Of a DNA stretch of 64,000 bases, positions 36,834 through 47,239 are shown piece by piece. Numbering within the stretch: position 1 is the stretch's first letter; each line of letters begins with the position of its first letter. This DNA comes from an uncultured Chloroflexia bacterium (GTDB lineage Bacteria; Chloroflexota; Limnocylindria; Limnocylindrales; CSP1-4), in NCBI GenBank assembly GCA_963828165.1, contig CAWHDR010000001.1:768001-832000 (forward strand), read 5' to 3'. Position numbers and translations under genes: made by a program. The notes under the pieces are model-generated. The model saw only the letters and a program-made list of their open reading frames with translations. It had not been told where the DNA came from and did no database searches.

Positions 36834-37888
36834 CAGGCTCCGGGCCAGTCCGCCACGGCGCACCAGCGCCCCAGCATCGCGAGGTGCTTGCGAACATGGC
36901 CGTGGAGACAATCCTGCGCCCAACTCCAGCCGTCCGGGGACCGGAGATCCTCGATCGAGAGGGTATCGACCGCCGCCAGCATGGCCGCGCTCGACGCGTC
37001 GTAGCGTGCCAGGACGGCGTCCGGGCTCTCGCCGCGCGCCGCGATCACATGGCGCTCGTTCCAGACGTCGATGCCTTCCTCGGGATCGGCCAGCCAGGTG
37101 CCGCTGGCGTGGTAGGCCTCGATGGCACGGATGCCTTCCGCCGCCCAGTCCGCGAGATGGCCCACGTGATCCTTGAGGGTCCAGCCAGGGGTGACGTCTT
37201 CGCTCCAGCGCCCCTGCGGCACCGTCCGGACGAGCGCGTCGAACTGCGCCCCGATCTCTGCCTCCTGCGCGCGGAAGCCGGGATGGTCGGGCGCCCGCGG
37301 ATCGGCGACGAAGGGGTCGCCGTCGATCTGACGGAGCCGGAGGCCGTCGGTCCACGGCTCGACGACCGCGAGGTGATCGAGATAGTGGCCGTGCAGGACG
37401 AAGTAGACCCAACCCCAGGCCTCATGGCCGCGGATCGACTCGGGCGCGAGGTGCTGCGCGGCCGCCAGCACGCGCGGTCGGGCGGCACTCAGGCGCGCGA
37501 GGATGGCCTCGGCCGACATCGTCGTCCAGGGCGCCCGCCGACGTTCGTTGTAGCGGTCGAAGTCACCGCCGTCGTAGTCGTCGTCCGACGGCCAGCGGCC
37601 CGTCCCGATCGCTGCCGGGATGTAGTCGGCCGCGAGCTCCTGCCAGTCGGCGATGTGACCGATGTGCTCCGCGAGCGACCAGTCCGGCCCGCCTGCGTCG
37701 GACGGCGCCGCACCGGGAAGGTGCCAGGCTGCGTCGTCGAGACCGGCCCACGTCGCGATGAGGCGATCCCAGAGGGCGGCCTCGTCGGCCCACAGGTCGC
37801 GCTCGGCGTCGCGCAGGTCCACGGCGCGGACGTCCGCCAAGGTCGCTCGGCGAAGGTCGACCGTCGCCGTGGTCATGGGCGCCGTCAT
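36833..37888 (-). CDS. Tandem DinB/ClbS-DfsB-like four-helix-bundle protein
   Basis: Two internal repeats: WSLAEHIGHIADW...HGHYLDH and WTLKDHVGHLADW...HGHVRKH. Confidence 0.75.
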   Translation of the reverse strand: MTAPMTTATVDLRRATLADVRAVDLRDAERDLWADEAALWDRLIATWAGLDDAAWHLPGAAPSDAGGPDWSLAEHIGHIADWQELAADYIPAAIGTGRWPSDDDYDGGDFDRYNERRRAPWTTMSAEAILARLSAARPRVLAAAQHLAPESIRGHEAWGWVYFVLHGHYLDHLAVVEPWTDGLRLRQIDGDPFVADPRAPDHPGFRAQEAEIGAQFDALVRTVPQGRWSEDVTPGWTLKDHVGHLADWAAEGIRAIEAYHASGTWLADPEEGIDVWNERHVIAARGESPDAVLARYDASSAAMLAAVDTLSIEDLRSPDGWSWAQDCLHGHVRKHLAMLGRWCAVADWPGA

Positions 37889-38754
37889 CGGGTGCGCGGA
37901 CCCTCCCTGGGGGGCACGTCGAGGCTGGATTCGAGCTGGTCGCCGAGCTCGACCGTGCGCCGGAACGCCGCCCAGACAGCCTCCGACATCACGGTCCGGA
38001 GGCGGCCGCTCTCCAGCTCGTGCAGCGCCGCGGCCGATGTTCCGCCGGGGCTCGTGACCATGTTGCGCAGCTCAGCCGGATGCATGCCGGATTGCTTCGC
38101 GAAGAGCGTCGACCCTTCGAGCGTCTCGATCACGAGGTCGTGGGCGACGTGTCGCGGGAAGCCAAGGTGCACGGCCGCGTCGATGAGCGCCTCCATGACG
38201 AGGAAGACGTAGGTCGGCCCGGTCCCGCTGACCGCGGTGGCCATCGCGACCATCTTCTCGTCGTCGACCTCGAGCTGGAGGCCGAGCGCCCCGAGCAGTG
38301 CGGCCGCCTGGGCGCGCTGCGCCTCGGTCGTCTCGGGGGTGGCGTACCAGACCGTCACGCCCTTGCCGAGGCGGGCGGGCGTATTCGGCATGCTGCGGAC
38401 CACCTGGTCGTGCCCGAGGATCCCGGTGAGGGCCGCGGTCGTGGCGCCGGCGAGGACGCTCAGGACCAATTGGCCGCGGCGCAGGTGGGGACCGATCTCG
38501 CGGCCGACCTTGTTCAGCATCTGGGGCTTGATGCCCAGCAGGATCACGTCCGCGTCCCGCACCGCGTCGAGGTTGTCGGCCACGGTCCGGATGCCGTATT
38601 CGCGCTCAAGGGCGTCGCGGCGCTCGGCTCGGGGATGGCTCGCGACGACGCGTGCCGGCTCGACGAGCGCGCCGCGCAGCAGGCCCGCGATCATGGCCTC
38701 GGCCATGACCCCAGAGCCGACCGTGGCGATCGTCGCGTTCGCGAGGGGGGACAT
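37885..38754 (-). CDS. proC: Pyrroline-5-carboxylate reductase
   Basis: GSGVMA, KPQ, RSMPNTP, SGTGP and VTSPGGTS motifs. Confidence 0.95.
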   Translation of the reverse strand: MSPLANATIATVGSGVMAEAMIAGLLRGALVEPARVVASHPRAERRDALEREYGIRTVADNLDAVRDADVILLGIKPQMLNKVGREIGPHLRRGQLVLSVLAGATTAALTGILGHDQVVRSMPNTPARLGKGVTVWYATPETTEAQRAQAAALLGALGLQLEVDDEKMVAMATAVSGTGPTYVFLVMEALIDAAVHLGFPRHVAHDLVIETLEGSTLFAKQSGMHPAELRNMVTSPGGTSAAALHELESGRLRTVMSEAVWAAFRRTVELGDQLESSLDVPPREGPRTR

Positions 38755-38821
38755 CGGCCGGAGTATAGCGACGCGGTCGCCGGGCTCCTCGAACGTCTCA
38801 CGGGGTCGCGGCGTGACCGGA

Positions 38822-39814
38822 TCAGGCGGCGCGAGCCGTTGCCGTCAGGAAGAAGCGGCCGGTCGTGGTGACCTCGACATCCTCGAAACCCGCCTTGCGG
38901 AGGGCGCTCGCCAGCTCGTCGGGCGTGTAGAACACCTTGACGATCGTGAATTCGCGCCCGTCGGACAACCGGCGCAACGAGAGGTCGTTCGCGGGCTCCG
39001 GATGGTCGGCCGCACTGGAGGCAGGGTCCGGCAGGGAATCGATGCAGGCCAGGCGCCCATCGGATCTGAGCCAGCGCCGCGCGAGGGCCAGGAACTCGCC
39101 GAGTCGATCGCGCGGGACGTGACTCAGCCAGAACCCAAGGAACAGCCCGTCCACCGCGCGGTCGGGCTCGGCCCACGCGTCGCGCACGTGCAGGTGGGCG
39201 CGCAGGTCGTGCGCCACCAGGCGCTCGCGCGCCCGATCGAGCGCCGCGGGCGAGGCGTCGTACAGGGACAGCTCGCCGCGGGACGCGAGCAACGGCGACC
39301 ACCAGCCCGTCCCGGCAGCCAGCTCCACGATCTCGCCCTCCCAGGGCAGGGCATCCAGCCATCGGCCGGCGCTGTCGAGCTCGGCATGCCAGGCGGCGTC
39401 ATGGATCGCGCCCCGCGCGTATCGGCCGCGGCGCAGGTACCAATCGTCGTACTCCGGAGCGCGAGCCTCGTAGTAATCGACCATCGAGCGCTCGGGGTCG
39501 ACCGCGGCGGTCGGGGAGCCCGTCGCGCCGGGCGGCGACACGCTCATCGGTTGCCCCGCGGCCGTGCCGCCAGAGGAGGCCGTGACGGCGTTCTCGGCCG
39601 GCGGCGCCGCCTCGCGCTCCGTCGCCACGCCGTTCCGCGCCGCCGCCGATCGCTCGGTCAATGCCTGGCGCAGACGGAAGCGAAGGAACCCGTTGTCGCC
39701 AGCCTTGCCGACGCAGTCCGGGCAGAGCTGCGCCCAGCCTTCCAGGTCGTCCGGCGATCGGACCGTGTGGGCGGTGCCGCACCACAGGCACGAGAACGAC
39801 GCGAGGAAGGGCAA
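38822..39814 (-). CDS. Class I SAM-dependent methyltransferase with N-terminal Cys4 zinc ribbon
   Basis: CLWC...CPDC, then YYEARAPEYDDWY, VELAAGTG and FWLSHVP; a TTG start next to the upstream stop is assumed. Confidence 0.8.
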   Translation of the reverse strand: MPFLASFSCLWCGTAHTVRSPDDLEGWAQLCPDCVGKAGDNGFLRFRLRQALTERSAAARNGVATEREAAPPAENAVTASSGGTAAGQPMSVSPPGATGSPTAAVDPERSMVDYYEARAPEYDDWYLRRGRYARGAIHDAAWHAELDSAGRWLDALPWEGEIVELAAGTGWWSPLLASRGELSLYDASPAALDRARERLVAHDLRAHLHVRDAWAEPDRAVDGLFLGFWLSHVPRDRLGEFLALARRWLRSDGRLACIDSLPDPASSAADHPEPANDLSLRRLSDGREFTIVKVFYTPDELASALRKAGFEDVEVTTTGRFFLTATARAA

Positions 39815-39816
39815 GG

Positions 39817-40749
39817 TCAGCCGACCGGGACGGGGGTCCAGCCGCCGGGCGGGGCGATGTCCACGAACCCGGCCGGGTCCATGATCTCGGCGAGGAGCTC
39901 GATCCCGTCGATCACCCGTGGACCGGGCCGCGAGAAGTACGCCGAGCCATCCACGGCGAACACCGCCCCGCGCTGGACCGCCGGGAGCTCGGCCAGCCAC
40001 GGCGGGATCGGCGTCCGCGCCCAGTCGCGGACCGTCTCCGAGAGGTGGAGGCCGCACGGCATCAGGAACAGCATCTCGGGATCCACTTCGGCGACGGCGT
40101 CCCATGTCGTCGGATGCGCCTTCTCGCCGTCCGAGCCGAGCAGGTCCCAGCCGCCGGCGCGGCGGATCTGTTCCGGTACCCAATGACCGACGGCGAACGG
40201 CGGGTCGAGCCACTCGAGCCCGACCACCCGCGGCGCACGGTGACCGGCCTCTCGACGCGCCGCGACCCGTTGCTCGATCGCCCCGAGCCGCTCGCGCAGC
40301 GCTTCGACGACGTCGATCGCGGCATCCTCGACCTCGGCCATCGCCCCGACGGTGGTGATGGTGTTGAGGATCCCCTCGATCGATGTCGGCTCGAGCGAGA
40401 CGACCGTGATCTCGGCATCGATCCGACGAGCGACCTCGTTCACCTCGCGGTAGCTGACCGCGCACACGCGGCACAGCTCCTGGGTCAGGATGAGGTCGGG
40501 CTTGACCGCGGCCAGCGCCTCCTCGTCGAGCTCGTACAGCGACGATCCGCCGTGCATCGAGGCGGTGACCCGCGCATGGATGTCGCGCGACGACACCTCC
40601 GTCAGATCCTGCACGCTCCGCGTGACCACCGGCTTGCCCACGACCGACGGTGGCCAGTCGCACTCATGCGTGACGGCGACGAGCTCGTCCTGCAGCCCGA
40701 TCGCACAGACGATCTCGGTGGCTGACGGGAGGAGGGAAACGATACGCAT
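39817..40749 (-). CDS. BtuF/cobalamin-binding-like (helical-backbone) substrate-binding fold protein, no signal peptide
   Basis: MRIVSLLPSATEI, THECD, LTQELC.VC, LEWLDP and FSRPGPR motifs. Confidence 0.82.
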   Translation of the reverse strand: MRIVSLLPSATEIVCAIGLQDELVAVTHECDWPPSVVGKPVVTRSVQDLTEVSSRDIHARVTASMHGGSSLYELDEEALAAVKPDLILTQELCRVCAVSYREVNEVARRIDAEITVVSLEPTSIEGILNTITTVGAMAEVEDAAIDVVEALRERLGAIEQRVAARREAGHRAPRVVGLEWLDPPFAVGHWVPEQIRRAGGWDLLGSDGEKAHPTTWDAVAEVDPEMLFLMPCGLHLSETVRDWARTPIPPWLAELPAVQRGAVFAVDGSAYFSRPGPRVIDGIELLAEIMDPAGFVDIAPPGGWTPVPVG

Positions 40750-40830
40750 CAGGGGCCTCGAGAGTGCTGCGCCCTCAGCGGGGAGCTGAAACTCGCGCCC
40801 GGGAGGTCTGAGGTGGCCTCCGCCGGGCTT

Positions 40831-41121
40831 TCAGCCCGGCGGTTTGAGCTCGTCGACGGACGCGCGCGCCGCGGCCTTGTCCGTGTACCACGTGGCGTCG
40901 ATGACCGTGTACGGAGCCCATTCCGGCGGCAGCGACTCCTCCGGGAAGATCGCGTTCACCGGGCATTCCGGCTCACAGGCGCCGCAATCGATGCACTCGT
41001 TCGGGTCGATGAACAGCTTGCGGTCCACGCCCTCTTCGTAATGGATGCAGTCGACCGGACAGACGGACACGCACGAGATGTCGAGCACATCGATGCACGG
41101 CTCGGCGATCACATACGTCAT
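40831..41121 (-). CDS. 7Fe ([3Fe-4S][4Fe-4S]) ferredoxin, FdxA-like
   Basis: MTYVIAEPCID...C..VCPVDC and CIDCGACEPECP; GAGGAGG RBS. Confidence 0.92.
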   Translation of the reverse strand: MTYVIAEPCIDVLDISCVSVCPVDCIHYEEGVDRKLFIDPNECIDCGACEPECPVNAIFPEESLPPEWAPYTVIDATWYTDKAAARASVDELKPPG

Positions 41122-41203
41122 GCAACGTCCTCCTCGAGGGGTGTCGGAATGTCTGAGAAGCGCACCCCGCCGGCGCGGGTCCAGAGCGTACCACCGAGCG
41201 GGC

Positions 41204-41737
41204 TCACGAGACGCCGACCCAGCGCACCGGGACCTGCATCCCGCGCTCCCAGTGGCCGGGGATATGGCAGCCGACGATGAACGCCGGCGGTGCGTCGCCA
41301 GGATCGCCCGCCGGGACCGTCCACAGGACGTCCACGCGCTCGCCCGATCGGACCACGATGCGCAGGCCCGAAACGTCGGGCGCCACGCTGACGACGGGCG
41401 TCGGACCGGGCGGTGCGCCGGCGACCGCGGCCTCCGCTCGTTCCCAGGCGTCCTGGACGCGCTCGTCGCCGATGATCGCCTCGTGGACATCGAGGCCGCC
41501 GTTGATGACGTGCAGCAGCACGGTCTCGCCGGGCACGAGGTCGAGCGTCGCGGGCAGGAACTCGTAGTCCTTGGCGATGAGGTTGACCTCGCGTGGAGCC
41601 CCACTCGCGCCGGCCACGATCGGCGGGGTCACCGCGGGCCCCGCCTCGCACGCCATCCCGGCGGCGGCCAGAGCGACCAGCGCGATCGGGAGCACGTGGC
41701 GGCGGATGCGCCGTTTGCAGCGGCGGGCGTGCTCCAT
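41204..41737 (-). CDS. Cupredoxin-domain lipoprotein (CopI/rusticyanin-like)
   Basis: Lipobox-like GMAC; HEAIIG and CHIPGHWERGM type-1 Cu ligands; start may lie downstream. Confidence 0.75.
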   Translation of the reverse strand: MEHARRCKRRIRRHVLPIALVALAAAGMACEAGPAVTPPIVAGASGAPREVNLIAKDYEFLPATLDLVPGETVLLHVINGGLDVHEAIIGDERVQDAWERAEAAVAGAPPGPTPVVSVAPDVSGLRIVVRSGERVDVLWTVPAGDPGDAPPAFIVGCHIPGHWERGMQVPVRWVGVS

Positions 41738-41861
41738 CGGGGGAGTCTATGGCGCGGCGACCGCAACGACCGCGGAACTCGCTTGACACCGTGGATGGGC
41801 GCGTCGCATCGTTCGCGCGTCCCACCGGGCCGAGGGGCTCTGTGACCCATGAGGGAGCTGT

Positions 41862-42998
41862 TTGGCACTGTCGACCGACACCCGCGGATCGCACCCACCG
41901 GCGGCCCGGGGCTTCACCACGGGCGACGGGACCGAGAGGGCCGGGATCGCCGTCCAGCTCGTCGGCGTGGAGAAGCGTTACGGGGACGTCGTCGCAGTCG
42001 CCGGTCTCGACCTCGAGGTGCGCGACGGCGAGTTCTTCTCGATGCTCGGGCCATCCGGATCCGGCAAGACGACGACGCTTCGGATGATCGCCGGCTTCGA
42101 GCTTCCGACCCGAGGGACGGTGGTCCTCCACGGTCGCGATGTCACGGACGTCGCCCCGTTCGACCGGGACGTCAATACGGTCTTCCAGGACTACGCGCTG
42201 TTCCCGCACATGACGGTCGGGGACAACGTGGGCTACGGCCTGCGGGTGCGCAGGATCCCGATGCCTGAGCGTTCGAGTCGCGTGGCCGAGGCGTTGCGGA
42301 TGGTTCGCCTGGACGGATACGAGAAGCGCCGGCCCTCGCAGCTGTCAGGGGGCCAACGCCAGCGCGTCGCTCTTGCCCGCGCCCTCGTGAACCGGCCACG
42401 CGTGCTGCTCCTGGACGAGCCGCTCGGCGCGCTCGATCTGAAGCTGCGCGAGGAGATGCAGATCGAGCTCAAGGAGATCCAGCAGCAGGTCCGCATCACG
42501 TTCATCTACGTGACGCACGACCAGGAGGAAGCGCTCACGATGAGCGACCGGTTGGCCGTCTTCAACGCAGGTCGCATCGTGCAAGTCGGGACGCCCGCCG
42601 AGGTCTACGAGCATCCCGCCACTCGGTTCGTGGCGGGTTTCGTCGGGACCTCGAATCTGGTCAGCGGTGAGGTCGCGCGTTCGATCATCGGGCGCGACGG
42701 CACGTTCACGATCCGCCCCGAGAAGATCCGCATCGCGGGACCGGATGCCGCGATCGGGGCGGACGAGGCCGCGGCTGCGGGCACGATCCGGGATGTCGTC
42801 TACCTCGGGCCGGACACCCGCTACATCGTGGAGCTGGACGCCGGCGGACGCCTGGTCGTCACCCAGCAGAACCTCGCGACGACCTCGACGGAGGCGCTCG
42901 CCCAACAAGGCCGAACGGTCCGCCTGGTCTGGAAGCGACAGCACGAGCTTCCCCTCGTCGAGGGGGAGCCGGACACCATGGAGGAGGTCACGGCATGA
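41862..42998 (+). CDS. Polyamine-type ABC transporter ATP-binding subunit (PotA-like)
   Basis: [22 protein letters not shown] and TOBE-like C-terminus; TTGACA-N18-CATCGT upstream at ~41783-41812. Confidence 0.9.
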   Translation: MALSTDTRGSHPPAARGFTTGDGTERAGIAVQLVGVEKRYGDVVAVAGLDLEVRDGEFFSMLGPSGSGKTTTLRMIAGFELPTRGTVVLHGRDVTDVAPFDRDVNTVFQDYALFPHMTVGDNVGYGLRVRRIPMPERSSRVAEALRMVRLDGYEKRRPSQLSGGQRQRVALARALVNRPRVLLLDEPLGALDLKLREEMQIELKEIQQQVRITFIYVTHDQEEALTMSDRLAVFNAGRIVQVGTPAEVYEHPATRFVAGFVGTSNLVSGEVARSIIGRDGTFTIRPEKIRIAGPDAAIGADEAAAAGTIRDVVYLGPDTRYIVELDAGGRLVVTQQNLATTSTEALAQQGRTVRLVWKRQHELPLVEGEPDTMEEVTA

Positions 42999-44176
42999 AG
43001 CTTCGGAGATCCATGAGCCTGCTTGCTGCGGGCGCCTTGCTCGTATCCGCGTGCACCACGGGCCCCGGTGCGTCGCCGGCACCCAGCACGATCAGCGCGG
43101 TCGGTGACGGGGAGGGCAAGGTCACCGTTCTCGCCTGGCCGGGCTATGTGGAGGACGGCACGACCAGCCCGGATGTCGATTGGGTCTCCTCCTTCGAGCA
43201 GGAGACCGGCTGCCAGGTCACGGTCCAGACCTTCGGCACGTCCGACGAGGCGTTCACGCTGTTCCAGACCAATCCCACGCAATATGACGTCATCTCCGCA
43301 TCGGGCGACGCGACGCTGCGACTCGTCGCAGGCGGCTTCGTCCAGCCGGTCAACGTCGAGCTGATCCCGAGCTATGCGGAGATCTTCGCGGACCTCAAGG
43401 ACAAGGACTACAACACGGTCGACGGCGTCCACTACGGCGTGCCTCACGGTCGCGGCGCCAACGTCCTGATGTGGCGCACGGACGAGGTCACGACCGCGCC
43501 GACCTCCTGGAGCGCACTCTTCGATCCGGCGTCCGAATTCGCCGGCAAGTTCTCCGTGTACGACGCCCCCATCTACATCGCCGATGCGGCGGTGCTCCTG
43601 ATGAAGACCAACCCGGAGCTGGGCATCAAGCACCCCTACGCGCTCGACGACACGCAGTTCGCCGCTGCGATCGACCTGCTCGAGAAGCAGAAGCCAGCCG
43701 TCGGAGAGTACTGGGGCGACTACACCAAGCAGATCAGCTCGTTCCAGAACGGCAACACCGTCATCGGAACGTCCTGGCAGGTCATCGCCAACGTCCTGCA
43801 GGGCTCCGACCCGCCGACGCCGATCGAGGTGGTCAAGCCCGTCGAAGGCGCCACGGGCTGGTCCGATACCTGGATGATCAACTCGAAGACACCGAACATC
43901 AACTGCTCGTACAAGTTCGTGAACCACATCACGTCCGCGCCGGTCAACATCCAGATCGCCGAGTACTTCGGCGAAGCGCCCGGCAACTCGAAGTCGTGCG
44001 CGCTCGCGTCAAACCCGGATCACTGCGACATCTTCCACGCCGAGGACACCGAGTACTGGAAGGACGTCTGGTACTGGACAACGCCCACGGCCAAGTGCCT
44101 CGACGGCCGGACCGATGTCACCTGCAAGGACTTCGCGGCCTGGGTCGAGGCCTGGACCGGCATCCGCGCCGGGTAG
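42995..44176 (+). CDS. Polyamine-type ABC substrate-binding lipoprotein (YdcS/PotD-like)
   Basis: Lipobox VSAC; AWPGY, SASGDA and [10 protein letters not shown] motifs. Confidence 0.88.
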   Translation: MKLRRSMSLLAAGALLVSACTTGPGASPAPSTISAVGDGEGKVTVLAWPGYVEDGTTSPDVDWVSSFEQETGCQVTVQTFGTSDEAFTLFQTNPTQYDVISASGDATLRLVAGGFVQPVNVELIPSYAEIFADLKDKDYNTVDGVHYGVPHGRGANVLMWRTDEVTTAPTSWSALFDPASEFAGKFSVYDAPIYIADAAVLLMKTNPELGIKHPYALDDTQFAAAIDLLEKQKPAVGEYWGDYTKQISSFQNGNTVIGTSWQVIANVLQGSDPPTPIEVVKPVEGATGWSDTWMINSKTPNINCSYKFVNHITSAPVNIQIAEYFGEAPGNSKSCALASNPDHCDIFHAEDTEYWKDVWYWTTPTAKCLDGRTDVTCKDFAAWVEAWTGIRAG

Positions 44177-44200
44177 CGGCTCCGACACACCGAGCGAAAC

Positions 44201-44228
44201 GGCCCCGCGGCGTCACCGCCGCGGGGCC
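44201..44228 (+). other. Intercistronic 12-bp hairpin after the substrate-binding gene
   Basis: GGCCCCGCGGCG-TCAC-CGCCGCGGGGCC, a typical mRNA-stabilising or attenuating stem. Confidence 0.65.
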
Positions 44229-44254
44229 ACCACGTCCCAAGGGGATCCGTCCGC

Positions 44255-45151
44255 TTGTCCAGCACCGCGCGCGATGTTCCGTCCCCCCGCCCTCCCGTCC
44301 CGAGGCGGCTGGCCGCGTGGCTGCACCGGCACCCCAGGACGCGGCTGGGCCTGCTCCTGGCCAGCCCGATCGGCTGGCTGGTCGTCATCTACCTCGGGTC
44401 GCTCGCGATCCTGTTCCTCAATGCCTTCTTGACGCGTGACGCATTCAGCGGCGCCACGATCTACGAGCCGACCCTCGACAACTTCGCACGGCTTCTCGAA
44501 GACCCGTATCCCGGCATCACCCTGCGGACGCTGGGCATGGCTGCGATCGTGACCCTGACGTGCGCCGCGCTGGCGCTCCCGATCGCCTTCTTCATGGCCC
44601 GCGTCGCGTCGCCGCGCCTGCGGAACGTCCTGGTCGTCGCGGTCATCGTCCCGCTCTGGGCCAGCTATCTCATCAAGGTGTACTCCTGGCGCCTGATCCT
44701 GGCCGAGGAGGGCATCCTCAACGAGGTCCTTGGCGCGGTGGGGCTGCGAGGGCCCGGGTTCGGCGACATCGCGGTGTGGCTCGTGTTCACCTACCTGTGG
44801 TTGCCCTACATGATCCTGCCGGTCTACGCCGGCCTGGAACGGATCCCCGACTCCCTGCTTGAGGCGTCGGCCGATCTCGGCGGTCGCTCGTGGATGACCT
44901 TCCGGCGGGTCGTCCTGCCTCTGGCCCTGCCGGCCCTGGTCGCTGGCTCCATCTTCACGTTCTCTCTGACGCTCGGCGATTACATCGCGCCGGCCCAGGT
45001 CTCGACGACGATCTTCATCGGGAACGCCATCTATGCACAGTTCGGGGCGGGCAACCTACCGCTCGCCGCCGCCCTGTCGCTGGTCCCGCTCGGCATCGTC
45101 GTCCTCTATCTGCTGGTCGCGCGGCGACTTGGCGCCTTCGAGGCGCTCTGA
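44255..45151 (+). CDS. ABC permease (PotB-like)
   Basis: LLEASADLG EAA loop; TM helices. Confidence 0.88.
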   Translation: MSSTARDVPSPRPPVPRRLAAWLHRHPRTRLGLLLASPIGWLVVIYLGSLAILFLNAFLTRDAFSGATIYEPTLDNFARLLEDPYPGITLRTLGMAAIVTLTCAALALPIAFFMARVASPRLRNVLVVAVIVPLWASYLIKVYSWRLILAEEGILNEVLGAVGLRGPGFGDIAVWLVFTYLWLPYMILPVYAGLERIPDSLLEASADLGGRSWMTFRRVVLPLALPALVAGSIFTFSLTLGDYIAPAQVSTTIFIGNAIYAQFGAGNLPLAAALSLVPLGIVVLYLLVARRLGAFEAL

Positions 45152-45948
45152 TGTCGATCGGTCGAGGCACCCGGCTGGCCCTCGGGATCGTGACGATGCT
45201 GATCCTGTCCTTCATCTACCTCCCGATCGGGCTGATCGTCGTGTACTCCTTCAACTCCGGGACCACGCCCGCCTGGCCGCCGGTCGGCTTCACGCTCGAC
45301 TGGTGGGCCCTGGCATTCCGCAACAGCGGGCTTCAGCAGGCCTTCCTGACCTCGATCGCGGCGGCGTTGAGCGCCACGGCCATCGCATTGGTTCTCGGGA
45401 CCCTCGCGTCGATCGCCGTGGCGCGCCACCGATTCTTCGGGCGAGAATCGATCTCCTTCATCGTGGTCCTGCCGATCGCGCTGCCCGGCATCGTGACCGG
45501 CATGGCGCTCTCCACGACGTTCGCGCAGGTGGGGTTCCCCCTCGGCTTCTTCGCGATCGTCGTGGGACATGCGACGTTCTGCATCGTGATCGTCTACAAC
45601 AACGCGATCGCCCGCCTCCGGCGAGTCTCCGGGTCGTTCGAGGAAGCGGCCGCGGACCTGGGCGCCGACCAGTGGCTGACCTTCCGAACGATCACGTTCC
45701 CGGCGCTCCGTTCGGCCATCCTCGCGGGTGCCTTGCTGGCGTTCGCGCTCTCGTTCGACGAAGTCATCGTCACGATCTTTACCGCGGGCGGCGTGAAGAC
45801 GCTCCCGATCTGGATCTTCCAGAGCTTCCGCCTGGCGAACCAGCTCCCGCTCGTCAACGTAGCGGGTGTCGTCGCGATCCTCCTGTCCGTGGTGCCGGTC
45901 TATCTCGCGACGCGCCTCAGCTCCAGCGTGGTTGGCGCTAGGACCTGA
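45151..45948 (+). CDS. ABC permease (PotC-like)
   Basis: EEAAADLGA, SFDE and TLP motifs; TGATG coupling at 45149-45153. Confidence 0.88.
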   Translation: MSIGRGTRLALGIVTMLILSFIYLPIGLIVVYSFNSGTTPAWPPVGFTLDWWALAFRNSGLQQAFLTSIAAALSATAIALVLGTLASIAVARHRFFGRESISFIVVLPIALPGIVTGMALSTTFAQVGFPLGFFAIVVGHATFCIVIVYNNAIARLRRVSGSFEEAAADLGADQWLTFRTITFPALRSAILAGALLAFALSFDEVIVTIFTAGGVKTLPIWIFQSFRLANQLPLVNVAGVVAILLSVVPVYLATRLSSSVVGART

Positions 45949-46146
45949 TCAGGGACCCCAGCGCCGGCCGAATTCGATCAGGGTCGGAGCAACGACCATC
46001 AGGTAGAAGACCAGCGACGAGCGCAACCGCGCCATCGGGCACCTCCGCCGGCCGGGGGCCGGCACCGCATCCGCCGGTCGATCCCAACGAGGAGTGCCCG
46101 ATCGATCCGTGGACCGGCAGTATCGCGATCAGCGCTTAGCTGCGAC

Positions 46147-46572
<426 letters not shown>

Positions 46573-46644
46573 GTCGGCATCGTACGCGGCACTCGTGTCG
46601 GGACCGTGACGGATCGCGGCGCGCGCGACCGTACGCCACGGACC

Positions 46645-46815
46645 CTACATCGAGGGCTTGTAGCCAGGATCGAGGTACTTGTCCGGGTCGTCCTGGAACT
46701 CGAGCAGGCAGCCCTTGCCGCAGAACCAGTAGGTCGTGCCGTCGTGCTCCAGGGATAGCTGCGAGGTCGTGGTGTCGACCTCCATCCCGCACACGGGATC
46801 GATGGCGGTGGCCAT
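46645..46815 (-). CDS. YHS/TRASH domain metal-binding protein (56 aa)
   Basis: AIDPVCGM.V...Y.FC..GC...F; GGAGG RBS. Confidence 0.88.
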   Translation of the reverse strand: MATAIDPVCGMEVDTTTSQLSLEHDGTTYWFCGKGCLLEFQDDPDKYLDPGYKPSM

Positions 46816-46835
46816 TGGTATGTCCTCCAGCTTGG

Positions 46836-46853
46836 TACTCCCAGGGAGTATAT
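46836..46853 (-). promoter_or_regulatory. CsoR-like operator palindrome upstream of the YHS gene
   Basis: TACTCCC-A-GGGAGTA at 46836-46850 overlapping a TATACT -10; near-identical to the copA site. Confidence 0.7.
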
Positions 46854-46894
46854 GACGAGCGGCGGGCCAGTGCCGGCGGGCGTACAGTCCGCGG

Positions 46895-47239
46895 ATGGAC
46901 GAGATCGACCCGGTCGGCATTCGTGCCGCCCTCGCCGCCGAGCGTGTGCACCTCGTCGGGGAGCTCGGCGAAGCGATCCAGGCGCCGGGGCAGATGACCT
47001 ATGGCTCGCAGGCCGCGGCGGCGACACAGGTCTTCGAGCAGCAGCGCGACCTCGCCCTGCGCGATCGGGCGAGCCAGCAGCTGGAGCTCGTCGACGCAGC
47101 CCTCGCGCGGCTCGACGCCGGAACGTTCGGGACGTGCGTGCGCTGCGGCAAGCCGATCGCACCGGCGCGGCTCGAGGCACTTCCCTGGGCGGCGCACTGC
47201 ATCGATTGCCAGGCGATCGTCGACCGCGGTGGCCGGTGA
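46895..47239 (+). CDS. TraR/DksA C4 zinc-finger protein
   Basis: ALARLDAGTFGTCVRCG..I...RLEALP....CIDC. Confidence 0.88.
   Translation: MDEIDPVGIRAALAAERVHLVGELGEAIQAPGQMTYGSQAAAATQVFEQQRDLALRDRASQQLELVDAALARLDAGTFGTCVRCGKPIAPARLEALPWAAHCIDCQAIVDRGGR

Noticed and set aside
45949-46146. 200-bp intergenic region and ORF 45999-46235 as a possible sRNA or peptide
   Set aside because: No RBS, promoter, convincing stem or protein-like composition; it lies between convergent genes.
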